Under the pieces are notes generated by a model. That model saw nothing but the letters and a program-made list of their open reading frames with translations. It was not told the origin of the DNA and did no database searches. From a phage: a DNA stretch of 45,326 nucleotides. The stretch lies in sequence record PX405663.1; one strand, written 5' to 3'. Numbering within the stretch: the stretch's first letter is position 1; each line of letters opens with the position of its first letter. Position numbers and translations under genes: made by a program. Shown here one piece after another: positions 7,585-16,358 of the stretch.

Positions 7585-7826
7585 TTATCTCCGTCCTGTT
7601 GTTTGTTATCATAGGGGCTTCGTCCCTGTTTAACGTGTATGCGCCGTCCGTCCGGGATGGCATTTTCGGTCGGGTGCTGTATCTGTTAACGGCAATGGTC
7701 TGTATTATCGGATTGTTGCAAACAGGAGACGTATCGGATACCACCTGGACCGCGTTAATCTGGCTGTTTGCATTGCGCACCCTGCGTAATGCTGTTTTGA
7801 ATGGGGTAAAACATGCGATTCAGTGA
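7581..7826 (+). CDS. small membrane protein, holin/antiholin candidate (81 aa)
   Basis: ORF track; three hydrophobic segments; ATGA overlap with upstream gene. Confidence 0.5.
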   Translation: MIISVLLFVIIGASSLFNVYAPSVRDGIFGRVLYLLTAMVCIIGLLQTGDVSDTTWTALIWLFALRTLRNAVLNGVKHAIQ

Positions 7827-8304
7827 TAACGGTCTACGATTTACGGCAGCATGGGAGGCTTTCAGCCCGGTGCCGTATTTCGCGACCAAGAAAGAGCAGG
7901 CCCGCGGCCTGTATACCTGGGGCTATGGTCACACCGGCACTAATCCGCCTCGAAGCATTACCCGTGCTGAAGCGCTGGAACTGCTCAAGCGCGATGTGGC
8001 GTATGCCGAGGACTGGGTGAACAAATACGCACATCCGAGCATTAACCAGGCGCAATTCGACGCGCTGGTGGACCTGGTAATCAACGCCGGTCCAGGTCCG
8101 ATCGTACCGGATGACGTCGCGAATGATTTCGATGATGCGGTGCGACTGGGAGACTGGGCGAAGGTCCGGGCTACTCTGCCGCAGTTCCGCAAGCAGGGTG
8201 GATCGGTGCTCTTAGGTCTGGTCCGTCGTGCAATCGGCAGACAGGCGCTATTCGATGGTAAGCAGTGGGACGTTGCCGAGCGAATCGGGCGTAACGCAGC
8301 ATAA
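7813..8304 (+). CDS. endolysin, lysozyme-like (glycoside hydrolase family 24-like)
   Basis: 163-aa ORF with AWEAF...YTWGYGHTG...QFDALVDLVINAG pattern characteristic of phage lysozymes. Confidence 0.8.
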   Translation: MRFSDNGLRFTAAWEAFSPVPYFATKKEQARGLYTWGYGHTGTNPPRSITRAEALELLKRDVAYAEDWVNKYAHPSINQAQFDALVDLVINAGPGPIVPDDVANDFDDAVRLGDWAKVRATLPQFRKQGGSVLLGLVRRAIGRQALFDGKQWDVAERIGRNAA

Positions 8305-8320
8305 TACGAGGTAACACAGT

Positions 8321-8482
8321 ATGTTAAAAAGCATTCTTGATCATAACGCCGACGCGCTTGCCGCGCTGGCTAAAACCGAAGATCCGGGCGCGCGAGCTAT
8401 CATCGCGGACACTATCAACCACGCTGGGGTCTTCGATGCGAAGCTGCCGAGTCCGCCACCGCCGGAAGAACCAGAAGTGTAA
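8321..8482 (+). CDS. small Pro-rich hypothetical protein (53 aa), not in ORF track
   Basis: Hand-read ORF MLKSILDHNADALAALAKTEDPGARAIIADTINHAGVFDAKLPSPPPPEEPEV with GAGG SD. Confidence 0.25.
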   Translation: MLKSILDHNADALAALAKTEDPGARAIIADTINHAGVFDAKLPSPPPPEEPEV

Positions 8483-8488
8483 ACTACC

Positions 8489-8515
8489 AAGCCCGGATAA
8501 TTCCGGGCTTTTTAT
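8489..8515 (+). terminator. rho-independent terminator after the lysis cassette
   Basis: AGCCCGGATAATTCCGGGCT followed by TTTTTATT. Confidence 0.55.
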
Positions 8516-8548
8516 TGCTTGACTCGGGACCGTGGTATATTGTCCACG
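8513..8548 (+). promoter_or_regulatory. promoter-like element with inverted repeat CCGTGG..CCACGG flanking TATATTG
   Basis: TTGCTTGACT...TATATTG upstream of 8575; palindrome suggests an operator. Confidence 0.35.
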
Positions 8549-8574
8549 GTCCACTAATCAGGAATTAATTAAAT

Positions 8575-9717
8575 ATGCACCCGCAAACTAAAATTACCGA
8601 TGAGCAATTGATCGCAGAAATCCAGGCAGGGACTACAGTTAAAGAGATTGCGAAGAAATACGGGATTGCCCTACGCAATGTCTATATGCGGAAAGCCCGC
8701 CTGTCGAAAAAGGGAATTGGTCACGGCAACGATGCCGTAATCCGCAAGCGCGTTGCCGATGGCTTCGGTGTCAAGCGCGTATCGGCCCTGGTACGCGGCA
8801 ATGGCGAAGAGGTCATGTCGTGGGTCATCACTGAGCAGGACAAAGAGCGCCAACTCGAAGCTATGCGCGCTGTTGTCGAGGGTATGAACAGCGAAATCAC
8901 ACCGGCAGCGCCAGTAAAAGCCCCGCCAGTACCGATCCAGGCGCTCGACTTGCTCAACCTGTACACCGTGTCAGACTTCCACCTGGGCATGTTGGCCTGG
9001 GGTGAGGAGACTGGCGAGGACTGGGATATGGCAATCGCCGAAGATCTGTTTTACCGCTGGTTTGTCGAAGCCTTCGCACGCGCACCGGACGCGGGCACTG
9101 CCGTAATTAATATTCTCGGTGATATGGCGCACTTTGATAGTCTCGATGCTGTCACTCCGGCAAGTGGTCACATACTGGACGCTGACACCCGCTACCAGAA
9201 ACTGGTCCGATACATGATTCGCATGGTGCGCAACGTAGTCGAACTGGCGCTGCAAAAACACCACAAAGTCAAACTGCTAATCGTCCAGGGAAATCATGAC
9301 GAGTCGGGTATGATTTGGCTGGCTGAGATGTTCAATACTCTGTACGAGAACGAGCCGCGCGTCGATGTGGATACGTCACCGGACGTATACAAGATGGTGC
9401 AGCACGGTAAGACCACGCTGTTTTTCCACCACGGGCACAAAGCGCGATTCGATGCTATCGAGCAGGTTATGATCGCTAAATTCAGACAGGCTTTCGGGTC
9501 CAGTGAGTACAGCTACGCGCACGTAGGCCACTTGCACCACCAGAAGATTGTAGAGTCACGCAACATGATTGTTGAACAGCACCGAACGCTCGCAGCGAAA
9601 GACGCCTACGCCAGCCGTGGCGGATGGATGTCAGGTCGTAGTGCCAACGTCATTACCTACAGCGCCAACTACGGCGAAGTTGCACGCTTAACCATTAGCC
9701 CGGAAATGTTGAAGTAA
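8575..9717 (+). CDS. N-terminal HTH domain fused to calcineurin-like metallophosphoesterase
   Basis: 380-aa ORF; metallophosphatase motifs ILGDMAHFD, GNHDES, HHGH, GHLHH. Confidence 0.6.
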   Translation: MHPQTKITDEQLIAEIQAGTTVKEIAKKYGIALRNVYMRKARLSKKGIGHGNDAVIRKRVADGFGVKRVSALVRGNGEEVMSWVITEQDKERQLEAMRAVVEGMNSEITPAAPVKAPPVPIQALDLLNLYTVSDFHLGMLAWGEETGEDWDMAIAEDLFYRWFVEAFARAPDAGTAVINILGDMAHFDSLDAVTPASGHILDADTRYQKLVRYMIRMVRNVVELALQKHHKVKLLIVQGNHDESGMIWLAEMFNTLYENEPRVDVDTSPDVYKMVQHGKTTLFFHHGHKARFDAIEQVMIAKFRQAFGSSEYSYAHVGHLHHQKIVESRNMIVEQHRTLAAKDAYASRGGWMSGRSANVITYSANYGEVARLTISPEMLK

Positions 9718-9847
9718 CGGCGACCCGTAACCCTCCCAGCCTGCCGATTTGGTGGGCTTTTTTGCGCCTGTTATAATCCCCCTTAGATGGCAGGGCCGTC
9801 TCCTATGTTGCCGATGGTCGGCGCATATGAACAAAAGGGCTTATATC

Positions 9848-10399
9848 ATGGCAGAAATCAAAGTTAAGGGCCGACGCGCCAAACTGGACGGACGAGTAGC
9901 AGTAACCCCGCGCCGTAAACCAGGCGAGCAAACAGAGCATACCAATCTCGGACCTGAGATCGAGTACGGCAAACGTCGTAAAGGCGGCAAATGCGGACGC
10001 CCTACTGACTACCGATCTGTTTACTGCGACCAGCTTCGTCGCTATTTCGCCGATGCCGTAGCCTGGCAGATCAACTACTCTGACAAGGGCGCTGCGCAAG
10101 TCATCCCCCGCCACAAGATGCCGACTCTCGGTCGCTTTGCCGCGGATATTGGCGTGGGCATTGCCTGCCTGTATCGCTGGGCGCGCGCACATGAGGAGTT
10201 CGCCGAGGCGATGGCTGACGCTATGGAGTTACAGAAAACGTTCCTGATGGAAGCTGGCGGCGTGACCATCGCGGCGGGCTTCGCTACATTCCTGCTTAAA
10301 GCAAACCACGGCGTCCGGGACGATATTCCACTGGATGACGACGAAGATGATAACGGCGACGTCGTTGTCGAACCTACCGGCAAAGGTCAGGGCGAATAA
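9848..10399 (+). CDS. terminase small subunit (candidate); start may instead be 9827
   Basis: ORF track 9749..10399; internal ATG with AAAGGG SD; basic N-terminus, acidic C-terminus; stop overlaps TerL start (TAATG). Confidence 0.5.
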   Translation: MAEIKVKGRRAKLDGRVAVTPRRKPGEQTEHTNLGPEIEYGKRRKGGKCGRPTDYRSVYCDQLRRYFADAVAWQINYSDKGAAQVIPRHKMPTLGRFAADIGVGIACLYRWARAHEEFAEAMADAMELQKTFLMEAGGVTIAAGFATFLLKANHGVRDDIPLDDDEDDNGDVVVEPTGKGQGE

Positions 10400-11784
10400 T
10401 GCGTAACTATGCGGCAGAACACCGCGCACTGGAGCGCACGATCGCAAAGCGCAACCGACCACCACGCCCGACGCGCGTTGCGCAGGCCGTCCGCCTGTAC
10501 CAGCCTGATTGCCTTCCGCACCAGGTGGAACTACTGCGCGACACGAAGACTAAAATCCTCGGCCTGTGTTCCGGCTTCGGTGGTGGAAAGTCGTGGGTCG
10601 CTGCGAGAAAGGTCATCCAGCTTCTGACACTGAACCCGGGGCATGACGGCATCGTGACCGAGCCGACTATCCCACTCCTGGTTAAAATCATGTATCCGGA
10701 ACTGGAGAAGGCTTTCGACGAGGCGGGCTTCCGGTGGAAGTTCAACAAGCAGGACAAGATCTATAGCGTTCTGGTGAAAGGAAAATGGACCCGCGTTATC
10801 TGCGAGTCAATGGAGAACTACACCCGCCTAATCGGGGTTAACGCCGCGTGGATTGTTGCCGACGAGTTCGACACCACGAAGCAAGACGTCGCAATGGCGG
10901 CTTATCACAAATTGCTCGGTCGTCTGCGTGCAGGTCTTGTCCGCCAGTTTGTCATCGTGTCCACGCCGGAAGGCTTCCGGGCGATGTATCAAATCTTCGA
11001 GGTGGAGAAGGATAGCCAAAAGCGCCTGATCCGGGCGAAGACCACCGACAACCACCATTTACCGGCAGACTTTATCGACACGCTTCGCAGTCAGTACCCG
11101 GCTAACCTGATCGATGCGTACCTGAACGGTATGTTTGTTAACCTTACGTCGGGCGCGGTATACAAGATGTTTAACCGTGAGGAGAACGCAAGCACCGAAG
11201 AAGTGCAGCCGGAAGACACGCTGATTATCGGTATGGACTTTAACGTCACGAAAATGGCGGCGGTCGTGTATGTAAGACGGCAGCGTACCACCGAGAACAA
11301 GGAGTTCCGCGACGAGATTCACGCGGTGGATGAATTTGTGGACCTGTTTGACACACCGGCTATGATTGAGGCGATCGAGGAGCGCTACCCAGATCATTGC
11401 GCTGCCGGTAAGGTTGTCGTTTACCCGGACAGCAGCGGCAAATCCCGCAAGACGGTCAACGCGTCGTCGTCCGATATCGCACAACTGGAAGATGCGGGCT
11501 TCGAGGTGGAATATGACAGTGTTAACCCGCCTGTGAAAGACCGATTGATCGCGATGAATACGATGATGTGCAACTCGAAGGGTGTGCGCCAGTATTTTGT
11601 CAACCTGGATAAATGCCCTACACTAGCGAAATGTCTGGAACAGCAGGTGTACGACCTGAAGAAAGGCGAGCCGGATAAAACTGCCGGTGTGGACCACATG
11701 AATGACGCAGCGGGCTACCCTATTGCGCACTTGTTCCCTGTGATTCGTCCGATCGCCGTTGTTCCTACCGTAGATTTCTACTAA
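10399..11784 (+). CDS. terminase large subunit
   Basis: 461-aa ORF; Walker A GFGGGKS near N-terminus, ADEFD Walker B-like, nuclease-like C-terminal half. Confidence 0.85.
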   Translation: MRNYAAEHRALERTIAKRNRPPRPTRVAQAVRLYQPDCLPHQVELLRDTKTKILGLCSGFGGGKSWVAARKVIQLLTLNPGHDGIVTEPTIPLLVKIMYPELEKAFDEAGFRWKFNKQDKIYSVLVKGKWTRVICESMENYTRLIGVNAAWIVADEFDTTKQDVAMAAYHKLLGRLRAGLVRQFVIVSTPEGFRAMYQIFEVEKDSQKRLIRAKTTDNHHLPADFIDTLRSQYPANLIDAYLNGMFVNLTSGAVYKMFNREENASTEEVQPEDTLIIGMDFNVTKMAAVVYVRRQRTTENKEFRDEIHAVDEFVDLFDTPAMIEAIEERYPDHCAAGKVVVYPDSSGKSRKTVNASSSDIAQLEDAGFEVEYDSVNPPVKDRLIAMNTMMCNSKGVRQYFVNLDKCPTLAKCLEQQVYDLKKGEPDKTAGVDHMNDAAGYPIAHLFPVIRPIAVVPTVDFY

Positions 11785-11795
11785 GGAAACCGACC

Positions 11796-13316
11796 ATGAC
11801 CGTTAACGTTGACAACCAGCACCCGCTCTATGCGCGCATCGCGCCAGAGTGGAAAATGATCCGTGACTGCGTAGCGGGGGAGCGCGCCGTGAAGGCGTGC
11901 GGCCCCTTGTACCTACCACACCCCGCAAGCGGCGACACAACCGACCCGAAATCACGGGCACGGTATAAGGCGTATAAGCAACGTGCTGTCTTCCTGAACG
12001 CCACCGCCCGCACACTGAATGCGCTGTTAGGTGTCGCCTTCGCCAAACCGGTGAGTATGGACCTTTCCGGGGCAATGGCTGACCTGATTGATGACGTAGA
12101 CGGCAGCGGGATGCCGCTGGCGCAACTCCTGCGCGGCGCTATGTCTGAAGTTCTGCAATCAGGCCGTGCCGGGTTTATGGTAGACTACGACCGCCAGGCG
12201 CATTTTGACGAACTGGGTAACGTAGTACCGCAGACAGCCGCGGAGATGGCGGCACACCGCCCGCTTATCCGCCTGTATACGGCTGAACAGATCATTAACT
12301 GGCGGCAGACCCACGGGGTTGACACGCTAATCGTGCTGAAGGAAACGGACGAAATCAGCACCGAAGACCCGGACGACTTCGCAAACCACGAAGTAACGAT
12401 CTGGACCGAGCTTCGCATGATTGCAGGTAAGGCCCACGCCCGCCGCTGGTTTTACAACGCGGACACGTCCGAGGTGCAGATGGACTTGCCGCGAGGCTTC
12501 ACCCGCACCGACCTTGTACCGTTGGTGGATGCTGCCGGTAACGCGCTTACGCAACTGCCTTTCTGTTGGTGTGGTGCGGTTGATAACAATGCAACACCAG
12601 ATGCCGCACCGCTGGCGGATATCGCGTCCATCAACATTAAGCACTACAACGCCGAAGCGGACGTCGCCGAGATTGCGCACATCGTGGGCCAGCCTACGCT
12701 CATTACAACCGGCCTGACTCAATCATGGGCGGACAAAAACCTGAAGGGCGGGATCGCACTAGGCGCAACTAAGGGTGTTATCCTGGGCCAGAACATGGAC
12801 GCTAAACTTCTTCAGGCGGAGGAGCGCAACCTGTCGGTTGCCCTATGTGAGCGCCGTGAATTGCAAATGGCTAAACTGGGCGCTGCCCTGGTTGAGAAGG
12901 GGACCGCACCTAAGACGGCAACGGAGGCGGCTTATGATGCGCAGACTGATAACAGTATCTTGTCGCTGATTGCCGGTAATGTTGAGAAGGCTTTCAACCG
13001 TGCGCTGCAAATCGTCCAGCTTTTCACGGGGGACGCCGCAACCCAGCAAGTCACGTTGAATAAGTTCTACACCGAAATCACGGTTGACGCGCAGCTTATG
13101 ACCGCAATGATGTCGGGGGTGCAGACTGGTACTATCCGTCTGGCAGACTTTATCAAGTGGATGATGGCCCAGGGCGTTATCGATGACTCGCAAACCGTTG
13201 AGCAGGTGGAAGACGAATTGCGAAATCAGAATCCATTGCCTCAAATGTCCCCGGATGCGGTAGAATCTACCGAAGAAGACCCGGACAAGGTAGCGGACAA
13301 TGGCGAAGACAATTAA
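11796..13316 (+). CDS. portal protein
   Basis: 506-aa ORF immediately after TerL with AAGGA SD; size and position. Confidence 0.8.
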   Translation: MTVNVDNQHPLYARIAPEWKMIRDCVAGERAVKACGPLYLPHPASGDTTDPKSRARYKAYKQRAVFLNATARTLNALLGVAFAKPVSMDLSGAMADLIDDVDGSGMPLAQLLRGAMSEVLQSGRAGFMVDYDRQAHFDELGNVVPQTAAEMAAHRPLIRLYTAEQIINWRQTHGVDTLIVLKETDEISTEDPDDFANHEVTIWTELRMIAGKAHARRWFYNADTSEVQMDLPRGFTRTDLVPLVDAAGNALTQLPFCWCGAVDNNATPDAAPLADIASINIKHYNAEADVAEIAHIVGQPTLITTGLTQSWADKNLKGGIALGATKGVILGQNMDAKLLQAEERNLSVALCERRELQMAKLGAALVEKGTAPKTATEAAYDAQTDNSILSLIAGNVEKAFNRALQIVQLFTGDAATQQVTLNKFYTEITVDAQLMTAMMSGVQTGTIRLADFIKWMMAQGVIDDSQTVEQVEDELRNQNPLPQMSPDAVESTEEDPDKVADNGEDN

Positions 13317-14403
13317 TCAATATATGGCGGATCGCATGATTCGCCGTCACATCTTCACCCAGCGCCTGAGTAATGACCAGGCGCGGAGGGTGCTGGCTAT
13401 GTGGGAGAAGTTCCGGCCCACGTTACTGGGTAAGCTGACCGAGTTACTTGATGGCAAAAAGTCCATGAATAACAAAGCACTTACCACACTGTTAACGCAA
13501 CTCGACAAGACCGTCAAAACGGAACTGCGCACCGAGTTTAAGGCGTTGGCTGAAAGCCTTCAGGAGTTCGCCGACACCGAGGCTGATTATCTCGCCGACA
13601 CATTAACGGCAGCGATCCAGCCGGTAGTCGCCGTACCGGCGGTCGAGGTGGTTGGCGTAGTGACCGGCTCGCAGATCGCAGCAACGGCAATGAAAAACCC
13701 GTTCCAGGGCAATACCATGATGCAATGGCCCGACTCACTTTCTGAGTGGACCAGGACGCAGATCGGTAATCAGGTGCGGGCGGGATTCATCCAGGGCAAG
13801 CCAACGATGGAAATTATCGCGGACGTGAGGCGCGCGCTAGGCGGTCGTAGTGCGCAAGCTATATCGAGCGTTGTTAAGTCCGCAGTCAACCACTATGCGG
13901 CGACCGCCCGCGAATTAATGGTGAAAGCTAATGACGATATTCTCGAAGGTCGCCAATGGTTATCTACATTGGACACGCATACTTCTCCCATGTGCCAGCT
14001 ACGCGATCGCCTGTTTTATCCGGTTGATGTTACTCCCGATACGAAAGGGAAGCGAGGCGGAAAAGTGGTGGCGGGATCACAATATGGCGCCGGTCCGGGC
14101 AAGCTACATTATTGCTGCCGCTCGACGGAGACGTGGAAAGTCAAAGGTATGGAAGATTGGCCCAGTGGTAAGCGTCCGGCACTGAAGGCCGACGCAGGCA
14201 GATTGCTGAGTGAGCAGGTCGACGCGCAGACTGATTTCTTCTCATGGGTGCAGCGCCAGCCGCGCCATATCCTGGAGGAATTATATGGAGTGCAACGCGC
14301 CGACCAGATTATGCGCGGCGTGAAAGTGCCGAAGATGTTCGCCGATTCTGGTGAACTGATGTCTATTGCACAGCTTAAAAACCGGGGGTTATGGCGTGAT
14401 TAA
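13300..14403 (+). CDS. head morphogenesis / minor head protein
   Basis: 367-aa ORF directly after portal, overlapping its end; position and size. Confidence 0.6.
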   Translation: MAKTINQYMADRMIRRHIFTQRLSNDQARRVLAMWEKFRPTLLGKLTELLDGKKSMNNKALTTLLTQLDKTVKTELRTEFKALAESLQEFADTEADYLADTLTAAIQPVVAVPAVEVVGVVTGSQIAATAMKNPFQGNTMMQWPDSLSEWTRTQIGNQVRAGFIQGKPTMEIIADVRRALGGRSAQAISSVVKSAVNHYAATARELMVKANDDILEGRQWLSTLDTHTSPMCQLRDRLFYPVDVTPDTKGKRGGKVVAGSQYGAGPGKLHYCCRSTETWKVKGMEDWPSGKRPALKADAGRLLSEQVDAQTDFFSWVQRQPRHILEELYGVQRADQIMRGVKVPKMFADSGELMSIAQLKNRGLWRD

Positions 14404-14725
14404 ATACGCAGCGATTGGGCTGGTTATCGGTCTGGCGGTAGGATTCTGGCTAGGTGACTCCTATCGCGCTGGCGTAGTGGCGGAGGCGGCGCAAGAAGCG
14501 CAAGCCCAAGCCCAACGGCAGCAAACTAAAGTTGTTGAGCGCTCCGTGCAGGCCGAACAAGCCCGCGACGTAGAATACCGGACTATCACGAAAGAGGTTG
14601 TTAAATATGTTACGCGCCCTAACCGCCCTGATTGTAGTTTTGATGCTGAGCGCGTGCGGATCAAGCAACGTGCCGTTGATGCCGCTAACGGAGTCGGCGC
14701 TGCGACAGCCGTGCAAGTTCGATAA
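14396..14725 (+). CDS. i-spanin (Rz-like): N-terminal TM helix plus periplasmic coiled coil; start uncertain (track ORF 14366..14725 begins at TTG, GTG at 14396 has a GGGGG SD)
   Basis: AIGLVIGLAVGFWLG TM then AEAAQEAQAQAQRQQ coiled coil; o-spanin gene starts inside it in another frame. Confidence 0.55.
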   Translation: MIKYAAIGLVIGLAVGFWLGDSYRAGVVAEAAQEAQAQAQRQQTKVVERSVQAEQARDVEYRTITKEVVKYVTRPNRPDCSFDAERVRIKQRAVDAANGVGAATAVQVR

Positions 14726-14837
14726 CCCGTCCGCGGACCCCGACGAAGATTTGATGATTGACGTGAAAAATATGGAGTGCGGGGCGAGGCTGAGGGCGCA
14801 GGTCCTGGAGTTGCAGCAAATAATGAAGGGGCCGTAA
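14598..14837 (+). CDS. o-spanin (Rz1-like outer-membrane lipoprotein), overlapping the i-spanin gene
   Basis: 79 aa; signal peptide with lipobox LSAC; Pro-rich mature part; AAAGAGG SD. Confidence 0.6.
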   Translation: MLNMLRALTALIVVLMLSACGSSNVPLMPLTESALRQPCKFDNPSADPDEDLMIDVKNMECGARLRAQVLELQQIMKGP

Positions 14838-14849
14838 TGGCCCCTTTTT
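14826..14849 (+). terminator. rho-independent terminator at the o-spanin stop
   Basis: GGGGCCGTAATGGCCCC followed by TTTTT. Confidence 0.5.
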
Positions 14850-14851
14850 CG

Positions 14852-15616
14852 TTATCGCGGAATACCGCAAATCTCGTTGAGAGTTTTCACATCCAGCGCC
14901 ACCGCCGTGGATTTTGGCTTGTCCGGGTAAGGGATGAATTGCTCAACTTCAGGCCATGCCTTAATCAGCTTCTTGTCAGTATTGTGCAGGTCCAGCACAC
15001 CGGTAACGGTCAACTTGAACGCGTCATACTTAGCCCGCAACTCACGGCGGGCCTTGTCGTTACGGTCCAGGCGCTTACAGAAATCATGATCCGCCGGGAA
15101 ATCCGCACGGCAGTGTGGCTTATAGATCGGCAGCGCTTTCCCGTCCTCGTCCACTTCGCACACTGACGCGAGCATAACTTCTTCAAACCCCGGTACGATA
15201 TCGCCTAAATCGGGGGATAGCTTATTCATGTATTTATATTCCCAGTATCCGCGATGTGCGCGGCATTGGCGACCGTCACCGCTCAAGGATAAGGTGCGAA
15301 CATTTCCGCCTGCGTTGATTTCGAAAGTGGCGTCGTAAACGCTGCCGATACCTTTCGGGCGGTCGGCGTCATAACGATATGTCGCCTTGTTGGTGTAGAC
15401 GCAGACGCCGTACATCTGCGACGGGTCATCGCTGATTGCCTCGATACGCTCGCGGAGCGCTGCGAACGTGCGAATGCCTTCCGGCATACAGTCCAGCGTA
15501 ATGGCGTACGCCAGGTCGCGAGAGTCCATCATGATTTGTTTGGCTTCGGTTGCGATTTCGTGGTCGCGCAGGATGTTAGCCAGAATCTGATTTTTAATGT
15601 CTTTCGTCAGTCTCAT
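14852..15616 (-). CDS. hypothetical protein (254 aa), antisense island within the morphogenesis module
   Basis: ORF track; GAGGA SD 8 nt upstream; no motif recognised. Confidence 0.6.
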   Translation of the reverse strand: MRLTKDIKNQILANILRDHEIATEAKQIMMDSRDLAYAITLDCMPEGIRTFAALRERIEAISDDPSQMYGVCVYTNKATYRYDADRPKGIGSVYDATFEINAGGNVRTLSLSGDGRQCRAHRGYWEYKYMNKLSPDLGDIVPGFEEVMLASVCEVDEDGKALPIYKPHCRADFPADHDFCKRLDRNDKARRELRAKYDAFKLTVTGVLDLHNTDKKLIKAWPEVEQFIPYPDKPKSTAVALDVKTLNEICGIPR

Positions 15617-15697
15617 TTTTGTGTCCTCGTTGTTGGGGCTTTCGCCCCGTTTGGTTTAGTTAAACTTGATGTTGCCGCCAATAGGGTGCTTTGTTAG

Positions 15698-16210
15698 CTA
15701 CAAACGCATCGGCATGATAACAAGGAAGGCACCGCCTTTGAACAGCACACGTGTCGCCTTGTCTACTCCCTGAAATTCCAGTTTTAAGCTATCAAACTTA
15801 CGGTCGAACAATTTAGCAATTTTGCAGGCGTCGGACAGGTATACCCCGGCAAACCCTATAGCCTCCACTTTAGCGCTGTCGAAAGACGTAACACGACGCC
15901 AGTCTGGGAATCTGCCGTCTATGATCTCTACGGGTATGGTACCGATTAATACGTCTTTACTATCAAAGAACGCAGCGGATGTGCCGTCTATGTTGCAGTA
16001 TTCGAATTTTGTAGGTAAGCGGCCTTTAATTGCTACTATTTTACTTTCACCTTCGGGAATAACCGCGGACCCGCAGAACAAACGATGACCGTCGGTGGCC
16101 ACGATGAATCCTTTCTCGTCGAAAAATACACCCTTCAGATAGTACCGCACGTCATTAGTTGCGGCGCACATCATAGCGGCTTTAAGATCGGCATAGTTAA
16201 CTTTAATCAT
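15698..16210 (-). CDS. truncated DnaN-like protein (DNA polymerase III beta sliding-clamp domain fragment, about 170 aa)
   Basis: Track ORF 15698..16657 trimmed to the ATG 7 nt after GAGGA; VRYYLKGVFFDEKGFIVATDGHRLF, IIDGRFPDWRRV and C-terminal VIMPMRL closely match conserved E. coli DnaN segments. Confidence 0.7.
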   Translation of the reverse strand: MIKVNYADLKAAMMCAATNDVRYYLKGVFFDEKGFIVATDGHRLFCGSAVIPEGESKIVAIKGRLPTKFEYCNIDGTSAAFFDSKDVLIGTIPVEIIDGRFPDWRRVTSFDSAKVEAIGFAGVYLSDACKIAKLFDRKFDSLKLEFQGVDKATRVLFKGGAFLVIMPMRL

Positions 16211-16213
16211 TGT

Positions 16214-16262
16214 CATTTCCTCATGTTGGTGTGCAACCAATATACTGCAACCAACATACGCA
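16214..16262 (-). promoter_or_regulatory. tandem TATTGGTTGCA promoter-like motifs driving the antisense DnaN-like operon
   Basis: Minus strand reads TATGTTGGTTGCAGTATATTGGTTGCACACCAACATGAGGA; 27 nt identical to 5143..5169. Confidence 0.55.
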
Positions 16263-16358
16263 ACGCAAGCGAATTTTGCGATTATTTTTATCGCTGATAA
16301 TATTAGAAGCGTGAAGTCAAGCGGGTGGCCCGCTTTGCCACAATCCCAGGGGGATAGC

